Assembly (NCBI GenBank): GCA_964626595.1
Contig: CAZVFU010000005.1
Location: 4,892 to 68,891 of the forward strand
DNA from: an uncultured Saprospiraceae bacterium
GTDB lineage: Bacteria > Bacteroidota > Bacteroidia > Chitinophagales > Saprospiraceae
Direction of reading: 5' to 3'
Length of the DNA: 64,000 bases
How positions within the stretch are numbered: position 1 is the stretch's first letter; the number at the start of each line of letters is the position of its first letter. The translations under genes were made by a program, and so were the position numbers. Shown piece after piece: positions 9,642 to 19,993 of the stretch. A model generated the notes under the pieces. That model ran no database searches and was not told the DNA's origin. It worked only from the letters and a program-made list of their open reading frames with translations.

Positions 9642-11096
9642 ATGAACTATAAATTGCTATCATTATGTGTGTTTCTACTTACTTTTTCCTTAACTGGGCT
9701 CACTTTGCATGCCCAGGAAGGTGAAGAAAGTGAATCTGGCACAGCAGCAGTTGACCTGGATGCGGGAAAAAGTTTATTCCGCTCGCAGTGTGCATCCTGT
9801 CACAATAAGAATATGAAGGATGACCTCACTGGGCCAGCTTTGGGTGGTACACAAGAAAGGTGGGCCGAATATCCCCGTGAAGACCTTTACACTTGGATTC
9901 GATATTCTCAGCGTATGATTTCTGACGGTCACCCTCGCGCGACTGAACTCTGGGGTACTTGGAAGCCAACCGTCATGAATAATTTCCCCAATCTTACGGA
10001 TCAGGAAATCGAAAATGTCTTGGCCTACATCCAGGGCGTATATGAAGGTACATATCCACCTAAAGCGGCCGGAGAAGAGGTTGCTGCAGTAGATGTGGGA
10101 ACAGAAGAGGATTCCTCAAATACCTTTCTTTTCATCACCTTGGCTTTGATTCTCTTTATTCTATCATTTGTACTGGCCCGTATTATCGGTGTTTTAAATG
10201 CAATTGCGCGGGCCAAAGCAGAGGGAACAGTGGCTCCTTCCCGAAGTATTTGGCAAGTTCTTACCTCTAAATCAGTAGTTGGACTCCTTATTTTTGCCTT
10301 AGTTGTGGTAGGAGGGTATACGACAGTAAATAATGCCATTAACTTAGGTCGTCAGCAGGGTTATGCGCCTCAGCAACCGATTAAGTTTTCTCACGAAACT
10401 CATGCTGGTCTACACAAAATCGACTGCCAATACTGTCACGATGGAGCGCGTCGAAGTAAGCACTCCGTCATTCCAGCGGCTAACACTTGTATGAATTGCC
10501 ACAGAGCAATTAAAAAAGGGTCAAAATATGGAACGCAAGAATTGACAAAGGTTTTTGCATCCATTGGTTACGACCCGATAAACGATACATATATTGAGGA
10601 CTATGAAGAAATGTCCAATGAAGAGATAGCAGACATCTACAAAAAATGGATTGAAGCGGAATATGTTAAGGATAATGAACTGGACATTATTGATGAGGAG
10701 GGTAAACTTGTCAGAGATGATCAATGGGACGAAATTGTCAGTTCTCTCACGAACGAGCAAAAAGAGTCAGTAGCGGGACCGATCGAATGGGTTCGCATAC
10801 ATAATATGCCTGATCATGTCTATTTTAACCATGCCCAACATGTTACTTCCGGGCAAGTAGAATGTGAGCAGTGCCACGGAGCAGTGGAAGAAATGGAGGT
10901 GCTGGCTCAATATGCCCCTCTATCGATGGGGTGGTGCATAAATTGCCACAGACAATCTGAAGTTAAAGGATTTCAAGATAATCCTTACTATCATAAAGAG
11001 TTTGAACACTATCATAACGAATTACAGAATGGTGAGCGCGAAAAAGTGACTGTCGAGGATATTGGCGGTTTGGAATGCCAAAAATGTCACTATTAA
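9642..11096 (+). CDS. actA: Alternative complex III subunit ActA: multiheme cytochrome c with an extra N-terminal monoheme cytochrome c domain
   Basis: It has six CxxCH motifs. CASCH lies in an N-terminal class-I-like domain, followed by a TM helix and then CQYCH, CMNCH, CEQCH, CINCH and CQKCH. It also has a signal peptide and sits first in the act cluster. Confidence 0.9.
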   Translation: MNYKLLSLCVFLLTFSLTGLTLHAQEGEESESGTAAVDLDAGKSLFRSQCASCHNKNMKDDLTGPALGGTQERWAEYPREDLYTWIRYSQRMISDGHPRATELWGTWKPTVMNNFPNLTDQEIENVLAYIQGVYEGTYPPKAAGEEVAAVDVGTEEDSSNTFLFITLALILFILSFVLARIIGVLNAIARAKAEGTVAPSRSIWQVLTSKSVVGLLIFALVVVGGYTTVNNAINLGRQQGYAPQQPIKFSHETHAGLHKIDCQYCHDGARRSKHSVIPAANTCMNCHRAIKKGSKYGTQELTKVFASIGYDPINDTYIEDYEEMSNEEIADIYKKWIEAEYVKDNELDIIDEEGKLVRDDQWDEIVSSLTNEQKESVAGPIEWVRIHNMPDHVYFNHAQHVTSGQVECEQCHGAVEEMEVLAQYAPLSMGWCINCHRQSEVKGFQDNPYYHKEFEHYHNELQNGEREKVTVEDIGGLECQKCHY

Positions 11097-11128
11097 CCTC
11101 ATTCATCTAATCTAGGAACTCAATTACA

Positions 11129-14100
11129 ATGAAGAATAACGATAATATCTGGGTCGGAACAAAAGATCTAAATGGTGATAAAGAATTCGTGGAGAATAGT
11201 AAAAAAGAATTCTTTGAATTGCCCGTGGCAAACGAACTGTCTAAGGACGAATCAGAGTCCGGCCTTAAATCAAATCGGCGAGACTTTCTGAAATACCTGG
11301 GGTTTGGTCTGGGTGCAGCCACAGTTGCTGCGGCTTGTGAAACTCCTGTACGTCGAGCTATACCTTATGTAAACAAACCGGATGCGATAGTTCCCGGTGT
11401 GGCTAACTATTATGCTTCAAGTTTTGTGAATGGCTCTGACTTCTTACCCGTATTGGTTAAGACTCGAGAGGGCCGTCCTATTAAGATCGAAGGGAATAAG
11501 CAATCACCACTTACAGAGGGAGGTACAAGTGCTCGCGCCCAAGCCTCTGTTTTAGAACTGTACGATTCTACGCGGGTTAAGAGCCCGGGTAAAATTAAGG
11601 GTACTTCAGTTGATAAAATTTCCTGGGCGGATCTGGATAAAAAGATAGGGGAGAAGCTAACGACGAATTCTAAAGTGAGAATTGTAGCTGGTTCAAACTA
11701 CAGCCCTTCTATAAAATCAGCATTCAACGAGTTCAAGAAAAAGTATCCCAATTCGAAATGGGTTAGTTACGATGCAAGTTCCAACTCCGCCTTGCTTTTA
11801 GCCAATGAAAAAGACTTCGGTCAAAAAGCAGTACCTAATTACCGCTTTGATGAAGCGGATGTGGTAATCAATTTTGGGGCTGACTTTTTGGGGAGCTGGA
11901 TATCTCCAGTGGAATATGCTAAACAGTGGAGTAAGAAACGGAAAGTAAAAGACTACAAAAAGCCCGAGATTTCCAGAATGATTGCTTTTGAATCGTTTAT
12001 GTCGTTGACAGGATCAAATGCAGATAGTCGCGTACTTATAAAACCATCTGAACAAGGCTTGGCCATTGCTAAATTGCATAATGAAATTGCACGAGCAAAA
12101 GGCGGAAGTACAGTAAGTCTTGATGGTCAGTTGAGCTCTGAAAAGGTAGAAAAGGGTGTAAAAGCTGCAGCTAAAGACTTACTTGAAGCTAGCCGGGCTG
12201 GGAAGAAATCACTCGTTGTATCCGGTTCGAATAATACTGCTGAACAACAGTTAGTGAATCACATGAACTATTTGCTCGGCAATTATGGCTCAACAATTCG
12301 ATGGGATCGGAAAACCAATATTAGCCAATCAATAGATGCTGAAATGAATGCACTTATTGATGAGGTGAAAGCTGGGAAAATCGATGCCATTATTTTTGCC
12401 GATGGTGTCAATCCCGTTTACAGCCACCCTCGCGGAGCTGAATTGAAAAAAGGATTGTCTAAAATAGATCTGTCTATTTCGACAAGCATCTTACCTAATG
12501 AAACATTTAGTGCTTGTTCATGGGCGGCTCCTGAACCCCATTATCTTGAATCCTGGGGCGATGCAGAACCCAAAACAGGTCATTTCGCATTTGTTCAGCC
12601 TACCATTTCACCTTTGTTCGATTCCCGCAATATGATTACTTCGCTTCTGAGTTGGAGTGGAAAAGAAGGGAGTGAGTCTGAGGACGCTACTGAATATGCG
12701 TATCAATATATCCGAAGTGTTTGGGAGAAAAATGTATTTCCAAGTCAGAGTGAATTTATGAGCTTCCGCTCATTCTGGGATAATGCACTGCATGAAGGCT
12801 TTTATGAATTGCCTGAATCTGCAAATCAAGTTGTTTATGCAGGATCTGTCAGTGGTTTGGGTAATAAAATAAATAGTCCGGTTTCTTCTGGTCTTGAAAT
12901 AGCCTTTTTTGAAACTGTAAATATGGGTGACGGCTCTTATGCTAATAACCCATGGTTGCAAGAAATGCCCGACCCCTTAGTTAGAACGGTATGGGATAAC
13001 TGCTTGAATATTCCTGTAGAATGGGATGGTGGAAACAGTATTGATGGTTGGAAAAACCTGAATGATGGAGATATCGTTTCTATTTCAAATTCTGCAGCAG
13101 AGAAAGATGTTACTGTGGTTCAGCAATATGGAATGAAAAACGATACTGTAGCCCTAGCTATTGGATATGGTCGCGAAGTGGCGGGAAGGTCCGGAGCAGG
13201 AGTTGGTGTGAATGTTTATCCTATGCTATCTCTAGATTCTGATGGCAATGTGCAGTATTTTTCTTCTATTCAGGTTAGTGATAAAAAAGGAGTTGATAAA
13301 TCCTTTGCAAGCGTTCAGTATCATCACACTTTCGGTGTATCCGATAAGGACCCGGAATCTGGAGAAACTATAAATGTCGATGAAAAAGCGATTGTTACGC
13401 TCTCAGAAGGGTATCAGGGTTCAATAACTGACCGAACGATTATACGACACGCAGATGCTTCCCAGCTAGAAAAAGCTGTACATGATTTAGAACATGAACG
13501 TGAACATCATCAGCACCTCAATGAACAATCCCTGTATCCCGGGCATGAAGACTTGTACAATAAGGGACATAAGTGGGAGTTGAGTGTAGATCTCAGTGCC
13601 TGTATTGGTTGCGGTGCTTGTCAGGTAGCTTGCATATCTGAAAATAACGTTCCTGTAGTGGGTAAGAGTGAAGTTCGTAAACATCATGAGATGACATGGC
13701 TTCGCATTGATCGTTATTTTTATGGTGATTTTGACAGTCCCAATACCGCTTATCAACCTATGATGTGCCAACATTGTGATAATGCTCCTTGCGAAAATGT
13801 TTGCCCTGTAGCTGCAACAAATCACAGTAGTGAAGGTCTGAATCAAATGACATACAATCGATGTATAGGTACGCGATATTGTGCAAATAATTGTCCGTAT
13901 AAAGTTCGTCGATTTAATTGGCTGGACTATACAACGGCTGACCTTTGGGGATTAAATGAGAATAAGGTATTTGATGGAGAATCAGAACCGTTTTATGCAG
14001 AAAACCTAACGCGAATGGTTCTTAATCCGGACGTTACGGTTCGAACCAGAGGCGTAATCGAAAAGTGTAGTTTTTGTGTTCAGCGCATTCAGGAAGGAAA

Positions 14101-14344
14101 ATTGCGTGCTCGCACAGAAAAGCGAGCATTACGTGAAGCGGATATTACCACGGCATGTGCCTCAGCCTGTCCAACCGGAGCGATCCAGTTTGGAGATGTA
14201 AACAATGAAGAGACAAAGGTTACAAAGGATAAAAATGATCCTATGACGTATTATGCCCTGGAGGAAGTTAATACGCAATCCTCAGTTGGGTATAAAATGA
14301 AGGTGGTTAACAGAAACCCTGATATAAGTAGCGTAGATGCTTAA
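11129..14344 (+). CDS. actB: Alternative complex III subunit ActB (molybdopterin-oxidoreductase-like domain fused to a 4Fe-4S ferredoxin domain)
   Basis: 1071 aa. It has a twin-arginine signal (SNRRDFLKYLGFGLGAA) and C-terminal Cys clusters (CIGCGACQVAC, CQHCDNAPCENVCP, CIGTRYCANNCP, CSFCVQR...CASACP) typical of the PsrB/ActB2 module. Confidence 0.92.
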   Translation: MKNNDNIWVGTKDLNGDKEFVENSKKEFFELPVANELSKDESESGLKSNRRDFLKYLGFGLGAATVAAACETPVRRAIPYVNKPDAIVPGVANYYASSFVNGSDFLPVLVKTREGRPIKIEGNKQSPLTEGGTSARAQASVLELYDSTRVKSPGKIKGTSVDKISWADLDKKIGEKLTTNSKVRIVAGSNYSPSIKSAFNEFKKKYPNSKWVSYDASSNSALLLANEKDFGQKAVPNYRFDEADVVINFGADFLGSWISPVEYAKQWSKKRKVKDYKKPEISRMIAFESFMSLTGSNADSRVLIKPSEQGLAIAKLHNEIARAKGGSTVSLDGQLSSEKVEKGVKAAAKDLLEASRAGKKSLVVSGSNNTAEQQLVNHMNYLLGNYGSTIRWDRKTNISQSIDAEMNALIDEVKAGKIDAIIFADGVNPVYSHPRGAELKKGLSKIDLSISTSILPNETFSACSWAAPEPHYLESWGDAEPKTGHFAFVQPTISPLFDSRNMITSLLSWSGKEGSESEDATEYAYQYIRSVWEKNVFPSQSEFMSFRSFWDNALHEGFYELPESANQVVYAGSVSGLGNKINSPVSSGLEIAFFETVNMGDGSYANNPWLQEMPDPLVRTVWDNCLNIPVEWDGGNSIDGWKNLNDGDIVSISNSAAEKDVTVVQQYGMKNDTVALAIGYGREVAGRSGAGVGVNVYPMLSLDSDGNVQYFSSIQVSDKKGVDKSFASVQYHHTFGVSDKDPESGETINVDEKAIVTLSEGYQGSITDRTIIRHADASQLEKAVHDLEHEREHHQHLNEQSLYPGHEDLYNKGHKWELSVDLSACIGCGACQVACISENNVPVVGKSEVRKHHEMTWLRIDRYFYGDFDSPNTAYQPMMCQHCDNAPCENVCPVAATNHSSEGLNQMTYNRCIGTRYCANNCPYKVRRFNWLDYTTADLWGLNENKVFDGESEPFYAENLTRMVLNPDVTVRTRGVIEKCSFCVQRIQEGKLRARTEKRALREADITTACASACPTGAIQFGDVNNEETKVTKDKNDPMTYYALEEVNTQSSVGYKMKVVNRNPDISSVDA

Positions 14345-14381
14345 TTTGAAAGAAACGAAATAATAAGGAAAACATATTTGA

Positions 14382-15794
14382 ATGAGTGCGATAACTTCAC
14401 CAATTCGAGAGCCCTTAGTAAAGGGAAATAAGACTTACCATCAAATTACGGAGGATATATGTGCTCCGACAGAACGGGCACCTTCAGTTGCATGGGTTTT
14501 GGCCTTCATGGTTTCAGTCGGGTTTTTGGCTCTATTTGCATTTACTGTCCTTTGGACGATTTGGATAGGCATTGGCAGTTGGAACTTGAATCGAACGATA
14601 GGTTGGGGCTGGGATATCACCAACTTTGTATGGTGGGTAGGTATAGGCCACGCAGGGACTCTAATATCGGCAATTTTGCTACTTTTTCGACAAAAATGGC
14701 GTACAGGGGTAAACCGAGCAGCTGAGGCCATGACAATTTTTGCAGTTATGTGTGCGGGGCAATTTCCTCTCATACATATGGGGCGAATTTGGTTAGCTTT
14801 CTTTGTTTTTCCTTATCCAAATACCCGGGGACCTCTTTGGGTGAATTTCAACTCCCCGCTTTTATGGGATGTTTTTGCTATCAGTACCTACTTTACGGTA
14901 TCTCTTTTGTTTTGGTACACCGGCTTAGTTCCTGATTTTGCAACAGTTCGGGATAGAGCTAAGGGTATTCGCAAAAAATTATACAATGTCCTGTCCTTTG
15001 GATGGACTGGCTCTGCGAAACATTGGCAACGGTGGGAGTCACTATCGCTTGTTCTTGCGGGATTAGCTACTCCACTTGTATTATCTGTACACACCATTGT
15101 AAGTTTTGACTTTGCCACATCAGTTATTCCTGGATGGCACACCACTATTTTTCCTCCCTACTTTGTTGCGGGGGCAATTTTTTCCGGGTTTGCAATGGTT
15201 CAAACTCTCATGTTGATGGTGCGAAAGGTGCTTCGACTTCAAGATTATATAACGATAGGTCATATTGAAAGTATGAATAAGGTGATCTTACTTACGGGTA
15301 CAATCGTAGGTGTAGCTTACTTAACTGAATTGTTCATTGCCTGGTATTCTGGATATGTGTATGAACAATTTGCTTTCTATAACCGGGCATTAGGACCTTA
15401 TTGGTGGGCCTATTTTGCAATGATGACATGTAATCTCGTTTCACCTCAAATATTCTGGTTCAGAAAAATGAGACGAAATGTATTTGTAACCTTTGTAATG
15501 TCCATCTTCGTAAATATCGGGATGTGGTTTGAACGTTTCGTAATCATTGCTACTACTTTGGCTCGGGATTACCTGCCTTCTAGCTGGAGCTATTATGTGC
15601 CTAGCTGGGTGGAAGTTGGAATCTTTTTAGGAAGTCTTGGGTTATTTTTTACTCTCTTTCTAATATTTGTCCGAGTGGCTCCTGTTGTTGCTATTGCTGA
15701 GATCAAATCGATCTTAAAGTCTAATGGTGACCAATATGTCGAGCAAAACAAAAAATATATTGAGGAGAAGCAATTTTCCGGTCAACAAGTATAA
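14382..15794 (+). CDS. actC: Alternative complex III subunit ActC (NrfD/PsrC-like quinol-interacting membrane subunit)
   Basis: 470 aa, polytopic. It has the NrfD-like pattern ([26 protein letters not shown]) and the expected position after actB. Confidence 0.9.
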   Translation: MSAITSPIREPLVKGNKTYHQITEDICAPTERAPSVAWVLAFMVSVGFLALFAFTVLWTIWIGIGSWNLNRTIGWGWDITNFVWWVGIGHAGTLISAILLLFRQKWRTGVNRAAEAMTIFAVMCAGQFPLIHMGRIWLAFFVFPYPNTRGPLWVNFNSPLLWDVFAISTYFTVSLLFWYTGLVPDFATVRDRAKGIRKKLYNVLSFGWTGSAKHWQRWESLSLVLAGLATPLVLSVHTIVSFDFATSVIPGWHTTIFPPYFVAGAIFSGFAMVQTLMLMVRKVLRLQDYITIGHIESMNKVILLTGTIVGVAYLTELFIAWYSGYVYEQFAFYNRALGPYWWAYFAMMTCNLVSPQIFWFRKMRRNVFVTFVMSIFVNIGMWFERFVIIATTLARDYLPSSWSYYVPSWVEVGIFLGSLGLFFTLFLIFVRVAPVVAIAEIKSILKSNGDQYVEQNKKYIEEKQFSGQQV

Positions 15795-15800
15795 AATATT

Positions 15801-16328
15801 ATGGCAAATAAAAATGTAATATTTGGTCTCTATGATGATGAGCAGGATCTTTTGTCGGCAGTCAAAACGGCTAAAGAAGAGCATCTGGAAATTATGGATG
15901 TTTTTTCACCCTTTCCCGTGCATGGCTTAGACCCTATTATGGGATTGAAGGAGTCACGTCTTCATATCGTAGGCTTTATCTTTGGATTAATTGGAACGAT
16001 CACAGCTTTTGGATTTATGAGTTGGGCACTGGCTTCTGATTGGCCAATCATATATGGTGGAAAGCCATACTGGCCTGTTCCTTCTTTTATTCCTGTCACC
16101 TTTGAGTTGACAGTCCTTTTTGCCAGTATCGGAATGGTTGTGACGTTTTACACTGTCTGTGGTATGGGCCCAGGGGTTTCTAATCCGACATTACACGATA
16201 GAATTACTGATGATAAGTTTTGTGTAGCCTTTCAATTAAAAGAAGAGGGAGAATCCGAAGACAAAAATAAATACGAGAAGTATTTTGAATCAACTGGAGC
16301 CTCCTTAGTAGATACAAAGACGATATAA
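15801..16328 (+). CDS. actD: Alternative complex III subunit ActD (DUF3341-like)
   Basis: 175 aa. The soluble N-terminal part (GLYDDEQDLLSAVKTAKEE...MDVFSPFPVHGL) is followed by two TM helices, and the gene sits 6 nt after actC. Confidence 0.8.
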   Translation: MANKNVIFGLYDDEQDLLSAVKTAKEEHLEIMDVFSPFPVHGLDPIMGLKESRLHIVGFIFGLIGTITAFGFMSWALASDWPIIYGGKPYWPVPSFIPVTFELTVLFASIGMVVTFYTVCGMGPGVSNPTLHDRITDDKFCVAFQLKEEGESEDKNKYEKYFESTGASLVDTKTI

Positions 16329-16337
16329 ATAGATAAC

Positions 16338-17162
16338 ATGGATTTACGACAAAATATACAGCAAGGTATTTTATTTGGGCTTTTTATCCTGGTAATGTAC
16401 TCCTGTTCCCCTGTAGAGGGTGATTATCCAGGCAGAGATTACGTTCCAGACATGAAACATAGTATTGCTTACGAGTCTAACTATTATGACTATTACAGTT
16501 ATAATACCTGGGGATCTGAGGATGACTACCATTCTTTTGCCAACCCGCGTAAGCCAGTAGACCGAACCATTCCGCGGGGGTATGCAGCTGTGTCAAGCGC
16601 TGAAACCGTCGTAGGCTCAGCAAAGCAAAGCCGGATTGATCACGAAAGAGCTCCGAATGGCTTTGTTCCATATTACTATGAAGACACAGAGGAGGAGCGC
16701 ACTCGAGCAACTGAAGAAATGACATTAAATCCATTTCCAATCACAACTGCCGGTTTAGAAAAAGGGGAGTTGTTATACGATATCAATTGCGGTATCTGTC
16801 ATGGAGAGAAGGGCGATGGCTTGGGCTATTTAGTTCGTGAGGACGGAGGCGTATATCCGGCTCAGCCCGCTAACCTGATTTCTGATGAATTTGTAGCGGC
16901 CTCTCCAGGTCGGTTTTACCATTCGATTATGTATGGTAAGAATGTTATGGGTGCTTATAAAGATAAATTGTCTTATAAGGAGAGATGGGATGTCATTCAT
17001 TATATCAGGACCCTTCAAGCTGATGAGAAGGATTTGGTATACACCCCGGATGAAAACACCCTTAATTCTTATGGCGTCCCGGAATCAGATATGGAAAAAC
17101 AGTCTGAAGGTGTTGAGACCAATGCCGATATGGATGAAGTCATCGGAAGTCTGGTTGATTAG
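16338..17162 (+). CDS. actE: Alternative complex III subunit ActE (monoheme cytochrome c, probable lipoprotein)
   Basis: It has a single CGICH heme motif with a downstream Met (IMYGKNVMGAY) and a lipobox-like N-terminus ILVMYSC. It sits between actD and actF. Confidence 0.8.
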   Translation: MDLRQNIQQGILFGLFILVMYSCSPVEGDYPGRDYVPDMKHSIAYESNYYDYYSYNTWGSEDDYHSFANPRKPVDRTIPRGYAAVSSAETVVGSAKQSRIDHERAPNGFVPYYYEDTEEERTRATEEMTLNPFPITTAGLEKGELLYDINCGICHGEKGDGLGYLVREDGGVYPAQPANLISDEFVAASPGRFYHSIMYGKNVMGAYKDKLSYKERWDVIHYIRTLQADEKDLVYTPDENTLNSYGVPESDMEKQSEGVETNADMDEVIGSLVD

Positions 17163-17204
17163 AAGTGTGATCAGATTTAAATACAAAAAGAAGAATATCA
17201 TAGC

Positions 17205-18482
17205 ATGGGAAATGTAAAATTGGTTCAAAATTTCACTTTTGACTCGCAAATGAAAAAGGTTTTGTTTGCTTTCATGGGGGTGGGTATCCTCTGTCTGGTT
17301 ATTAATCTACTTGTAGATAATAGTCATTATACGAGATTGTGGTCAAATCTCCTTCACAACATCGTTTTCTTTACAGGCATTTCATTGATGGGCTTGTTTT
17401 TTCTTACAGCAAATGTTATCGCTGAGTCTGGTTGGTATACTGGCTTTAAGCGAATTTGGGAAGCTATGTATGCATTTTTACCTGTTGGACTTATTTTAAT
17501 GGCTATTTTAGGTATAGGCGTTATATTTGATTTTCATTATTTATATCATTGGGGAATCGAAGATGAGGTAGCCAATGATAAATTGATGCAGGCGAAGTCA
17601 TCTTTTCTGAATCCAACTTGGTATTTAATTGCCACTTTAGGCTTTGGTGCAGTTTGGGTCATTATCGGAAGAATCATTCGCAATTATTCCATTCGCGAGG
17701 ATGAAGAAGGTGATATGTCCTTTACTTTTCATAAAAAAATCTATAAGTGGTCGGCTATTTTTCTCCCGATTGGTGGTTTTACGGGTGCAGCTGCCGTTTG
17801 GCTTTGGATCATGAGTGTGGACCCTCACTGGTATAGTACCCTGTTCGCATGGTATTCAATGATCAGTTGGTTAGTGGCCATGTTTGCCTTGACTCTGATT
17901 GTTCTGGCATTCCTAAAGTCTAAAGATTATTTCCAAAATGTTTCTAAAGACCATATCCATGACCTGGGTAAGTATTTATTTGCCTTTAGTATATTTTGGA
18001 CATACTTGTGGTTCTCCCAATACATGCTTATTTGGTACGGTAATGTCGGAGAAGAGACCATTTATTTTCGTCAAAGAGTTGATGAGTATCCCGTCCTATT
18101 TTATGGCAATCTCGTGATTAACTTTATCCTACCTTTCTTTGTCTTAATGCGTAATGATACTAAAAGAAAATATGGTACGATTCTATTCGCATCTATCTTT
18201 GTCTTTGTAGGTCATTGGCTGGACTTTTTCTTAATGTTAAAACCCGGGATTTTGCACACAGAACACGAAATTTCGCATCACGCTCACGGTGCTGCAGCAG
18301 AGGCTGGACATCACGCATCGTCATTTGAAGCGGGTTTTACAATTCCGGGACTATTAGAGATAGGAATTTTTGTTGGGTTTTTAGGTTTGTTCTTATACTT
18401 GTTTTTCAATCGGCTGGCAAGTGCTAAGTTGGTTCCTGAAAGAAGTCCGTTTTTAGAAGAAAGTCTTCATCACGAAGTCTAA
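17205..18482 (+). CDS. actF: Alternative complex III subunit ActF (second NrfD-like membrane subunit)
   Basis: 425 aa, polytopic membrane protein and the last gene of the act block. The assignment rests mostly on position and topology. Confidence 0.8.
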   Translation: MGNVKLVQNFTFDSQMKKVLFAFMGVGILCLVINLLVDNSHYTRLWSNLLHNIVFFTGISLMGLFFLTANVIAESGWYTGFKRIWEAMYAFLPVGLILMAILGIGVIFDFHYLYHWGIEDEVANDKLMQAKSSFLNPTWYLIATLGFGAVWVIIGRIIRNYSIREDEEGDMSFTFHKKIYKWSAIFLPIGGFTGAAAVWLWIMSVDPHWYSTLFAWYSMISWLVAMFALTLIVLAFLKSKDYFQNVSKDHIHDLGKYLFAFSIFWTYLWFSQYMLIWYGNVGEETIYFRQRVDEYPVLFYGNLVINFILPFFVLMRNDTKRKYGTILFASIFVFVGHWLDFFLMLKPGILHTEHEISHHAHGAAAEAGHHASSFEAGFTIPGLLEIGIFVGFLGLFLYLFFNRLASAKLVPERSPFLEESLHHEV

Positions 18483-18521
18483 CGATAAAGAGAATATAGA
18501 AATAGAAAAAATAAATAGATC

Positions 18522-19970
18522 ATGACAATATTGCTCAGTATTTTAATCCTCGCGCTTCTGGTTATTGTAGTCGTGCAGATCGGCAAAGTAACAGAATTAG
18601 CTGGTGCTATTCGGGGAGAAGAAGATGCCCAGCGCGAAAGTGATTATTGGAACTCGCGCCTTGGGATGGTGTTTATGGTGGTATTTTTAGCGGCTACCAT
18701 TTTATCGGCTTTTTATTACAAAAACTGGATGTTGGGTTTCGGTCCCCATGAGGCGGCTTCAGAGCATGGCAGCAGTGTGGATATGATGTTTGCCATCACT
18801 TTATTCTTTACGGGAATCGTTTTTGTGATTACTCACATCGCCTTATTTTGGTTTGCCTATAAATACCGTTATAACCCCAACCGTAAGGCTATTTTTAATG
18901 CTCACGATAATAGACTTGAAATTATTTGGACAATTGTTCCAGCAATTGTGATGACTATATTGGTTGTATATGGCTTAGATGCCTGGAATACGGTTATGGC
19001 GGATGTTGGTCCTGATGAAGATTATATCGAGATTGAGGCTACGGGAATGCAATTTGCCTGGATGATACGGTATCCTGGTGAAGATGGAGAGTTAGGAGCG
19101 AGAGATTATCGTAGAATAACTGGGTCCAACCCCTTAGGTCAAATTTGGACAGATGATGCCAATCTCGATGATTTCCAGCCTACAGATATTGTTCTGCCAG
19201 TGGATAAAAAAGTTAGAGTTCGAATTACTGCACGTGATGTTTTGCATAACTTTTACCTTCCCCATTTCAGGGTGAAAATGGATGCTGTTCCGGGTATGCC
19301 TACTTACTTCGTTTTTACTCCCACAAAAACTACAGAAGAGTATAGAGAGGAGCTTAAAAAGTATTCTGAATATCGTGTTCCTGCAGATCCTGAAGATCCG
19401 AATGGTCCCGAAAAGTGGGAAGTTTTTGATTATGAACTTGCCTGTGCTGAACTTTGCGGGAATGGTCATTTTTCCATGCGTAAAGTAGTTCGAATTGTGA
19501 CTGATGAAGAATATGAAGCTTGGTTAGATGAGCAGTCATCCTACTATATGGGGTCAATTCGAAATACTGATGATGATCCTTTTGCAGGACAGTTACTTTC
19601 CAGTGAAATAGAAATGGCTGTTCAGGGGTTCATGGATTCTTATGGTTTTTTGGCATCTATGGACAGCGAATCACTTACGGAGATAGATGATGAAATGCTA
19701 ACTGAAAGTATAAATGTTGATGCTTTCTTCACTCCTGAAGATGACCAATTAAGCGATAAAAATGCATTAAGTATCCTTGATTCAATTATTTCTAATTTAT
19801 CAGATGTAGACGCTATGAATGTCTCATTGGACTCCGAAACTGAAAATCAACAATTATATTACAATAGAATTGAATCTGTAAAGAACTATTTAGTTAGCGG
19901 TGGCATTTCTATTGATAGGATTAAGACTAAATCTTCATCCGATGATGAAGAGGAACCTACAGAAATTTAA
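18522..19970 (+). CDS. ctaC: Cytochrome c oxidase subunit II (CuA) with an acidic C-terminal extension of about 140 aa and no heme c motif
   Basis: It has two N-terminal TM helices, CuA ligands HNFYLPHF and CAELCGNGHFSM, and no CxxCH anywhere in the protein. Confidence 0.92.
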   Translation: MTILLSILILALLVIVVVQIGKVTELAGAIRGEEDAQRESDYWNSRLGMVFMVVFLAATILSAFYYKNWMLGFGPHEAASEHGSSVDMMFAITLFFTGIVFVITHIALFWFAYKYRYNPNRKAIFNAHDNRLEIIWTIVPAIVMTILVVYGLDAWNTVMADVGPDEDYIEIEATGMQFAWMIRYPGEDGELGARDYRRITGSNPLGQIWTDDANLDDFQPTDIVLPVDKKVRVRITARDVLHNFYLPHFRVKMDAVPGMPTYFVFTPTKTTEEYREELKKYSEYRVPADPEDPNGPEKWEVFDYELACAELCGNGHFSMRKVVRIVTDEEYEAWLDEQSSYYMGSIRNTDDDPFAGQLLSSEIEMAVQGFMDSYGFLASMDSESLTEIDDEMLTESINVDAFFTPEDDQLSDKNALSILDSIISNLSDVDAMNVSLDSETENQQLYYNRIESVKNYLVSGGISIDRIKTKSSSDDEEEPTEI

Positions 19971-19993
19971 AGACAGAATTTTAAATTCAGATT

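Noticed and set aside
19554-19970. A fused cytochrome c domain on oxidase subunit II, which would make this a caa3-type oxidase.
   Set aside because: There is no CxxCH motif anywhere in the 482-aa product. The extension is acidic and heme-motif-free.
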